Source: Lepidodermella squamata (Eukaryota > Animalia > Gastrotricha). Taken from it: a DNA stretch of 64,000 bases. The DNA is taken from positions 372,001 to 436,000 of the forward strand of contig JBLDXI010000006.1 in NCBI GenBank assembly GCA_047495785.1. Reading direction: 5' to 3'. The notes under the pieces were generated by a model. That model was not told the origin of the DNA. It saw nothing but the letters and a program-made list of their open reading frames with translations, and searched no databases. Made by a program: the position numbers and the translations under genes. Shown here in pieces: positions 62,565-64,000 of the stretch; within the stretch, counting starts at the first letter, position 1; each line of letters starts with the position of its first letter.

Positions 62565-64000
62565 TCACATGATTTTAGGATCTAGAGATGGCAAGCCGAT
62601 GAGGCTGTATTGCCTCTCGCACGCGTCCGCCTCCATTAGGTGCAGGTCGAGGAAAAGCCGTGTTAGATGCTGCAAATCTGGCCGGTAATTCGCCAGACTG
62701 ACGGTGACACTCTTCAGGGTACCTTCAAACTGGGGAATCAATTTGTAAAATACGCTTTCGAAGCATTGCCGCCGAAAATCGCCGTTGGAACAGCTTTCGG
62801 CCCAGTACCAGTTGAGAATTTTTAGCATTTCGGTCTGCAAATTGTGGACGAGTAACGGCATTCTCAGCATGGAACTATCAGCTGAAAAAAATTAAAATTA
62901 AATTAAGAATAATCCTAAATTAAATTTCACAATTTTTTGAAAATTATTAAAAATTAAAAAAAATTAAGTGAGCATTTCATACCTCGAAAAAACGAAACAG
63001 CTTGAACGAGGCTGATTTCAACGAACGTCGGCTGCCACGCTTCCATAACGGCCGCAATTTTGGCAATAATTTCAATTTGATTCTTGTGATGCGGGAAAAA
63101 TTTCATGAAAATTCGAGCCGATTCTGGTTGAATGCCGTAAAAGTGGTCGAGACACGCCGGTAGTGACACTTGAAGGATGGCAACTGTGACAAAAGATTTC
63201 GAAAATAAGTGGCACCAGTCGCAGTTGGGCAATTTCGGGGCGATGGGACGCAGGGCTTTGGCGAATTCAACGCCGGCAAGCAGCATTTCGCCGAAACCAG
63301 ACATGATCAGCGTCCAGAGAGAAACATCGCTAAAATAAAAAGAATGGCTCATTTATTTCCGATCATATTCGGACATAAATTCTAAGAGCTGAGGATTCCA
63401 TACAAAATAAGAAAATTGAAAAATTGAAAAATTCAGATTTTTGAGAAAGGAGGAAAGGCGCTGAATTCTAAGCAAAACAGAATTTTCCCGCAAAAACCTC
63501 GATTTTTTTAAAATCGAACAAAAATGGGTTTTTATTCGTAAAATTCCGCTTTTCTACGATAGGTTAGGCTTGGTAATTTCTGATTTTTCTGTAATTTTTA
63601 TTATTTTTTATTAATTTTTGGCAATTTTAAACGATTTTGCGAAGTTTGGCATATTAGGGGTAATTTTAGATGCTCATTTGCATATGCAACACGCTTAAAA
63701 TTGAGTAAAATTATAGCAATAATTCAGAAATCAGGAAAGATGGAGCTTCAATAACTTCAAGATAAATTCAGAATTTTCTAAAAATTACTTTTGATTTGGC
63801 TTGCAAGACCAGTTGATAGATTCCATAACTGACAATTCAGTGGTGGCGCGTAGAAGAAACATCAATTTTTGCTCCGTCATGATGCCATCAACGGACAAAT
63901 TAATGCCAGAATATTCACGTTCTTCTTGTTGATTTTCCGCTGAAATTGCCGGCGCAAACATCACGGCCAAGCACCTGTCGTAGGTGCATTTAACGCAAAG
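62565..64000 (-). CDS. Divergent nuclear receptor-like protein 6 (5' part beyond the window)
   Basis: VEFAKALRPIAPKLPNCDWCHLFSKSF and WQPTFVEISLVQAVSFF. The exon at the window edge reads CVKCTYDRC..TELSVMESINW. Confidence 0.77.

Overview
AT-rich eukaryotic (invertebrate, nematode-like) genomic DNA with short GT-AG introns and ttttcag/ttttag acceptors. There are no prokaryotic features. Three lineage-expanded gene families dominate. (1) An array of small two-exon three-finger (Ly6/uPAR-like, 8-Cys, C-x-C-x4/5-CN) genes from 1 to 43 kb: 12 look intact (9 with a GPI-type tail, 2 single-domain and 1 triple-domain with no tail, i.e. secreted), about 4 are pseudogenes or fragments, and one more starts just left of the window. 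(2) Six members of an unrecognised four-transmembrane family (motifs LPHLIG, RGD, GCxx[FY]GC[AS]N) interleaved with them. Three times a 4TM gene sits 140-300 bp upstream of a co-oriented three-finger gene, the best candidate for an undescribed system. (3) Six tandem divergent nuclear-receptor-like genes (45.6-64 kb) whose ligand-binding domains are conserved while the zinc fingers are decaying. Also present: a coding-intronless aldo-keto reductase with one frameshift, an intronless secreted Cys-rich/Ser-Thr-Trp tandem-repeat protein, RTE and CR1 LINE remnants, a Helentron derivative carrying a nested long-TIR transposon, several MITEs and a multi-level nested insertion in a nuclear-receptor intron. 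Gene models were spliced and translated by eye, and family names rest on motif recognition, not database searches.
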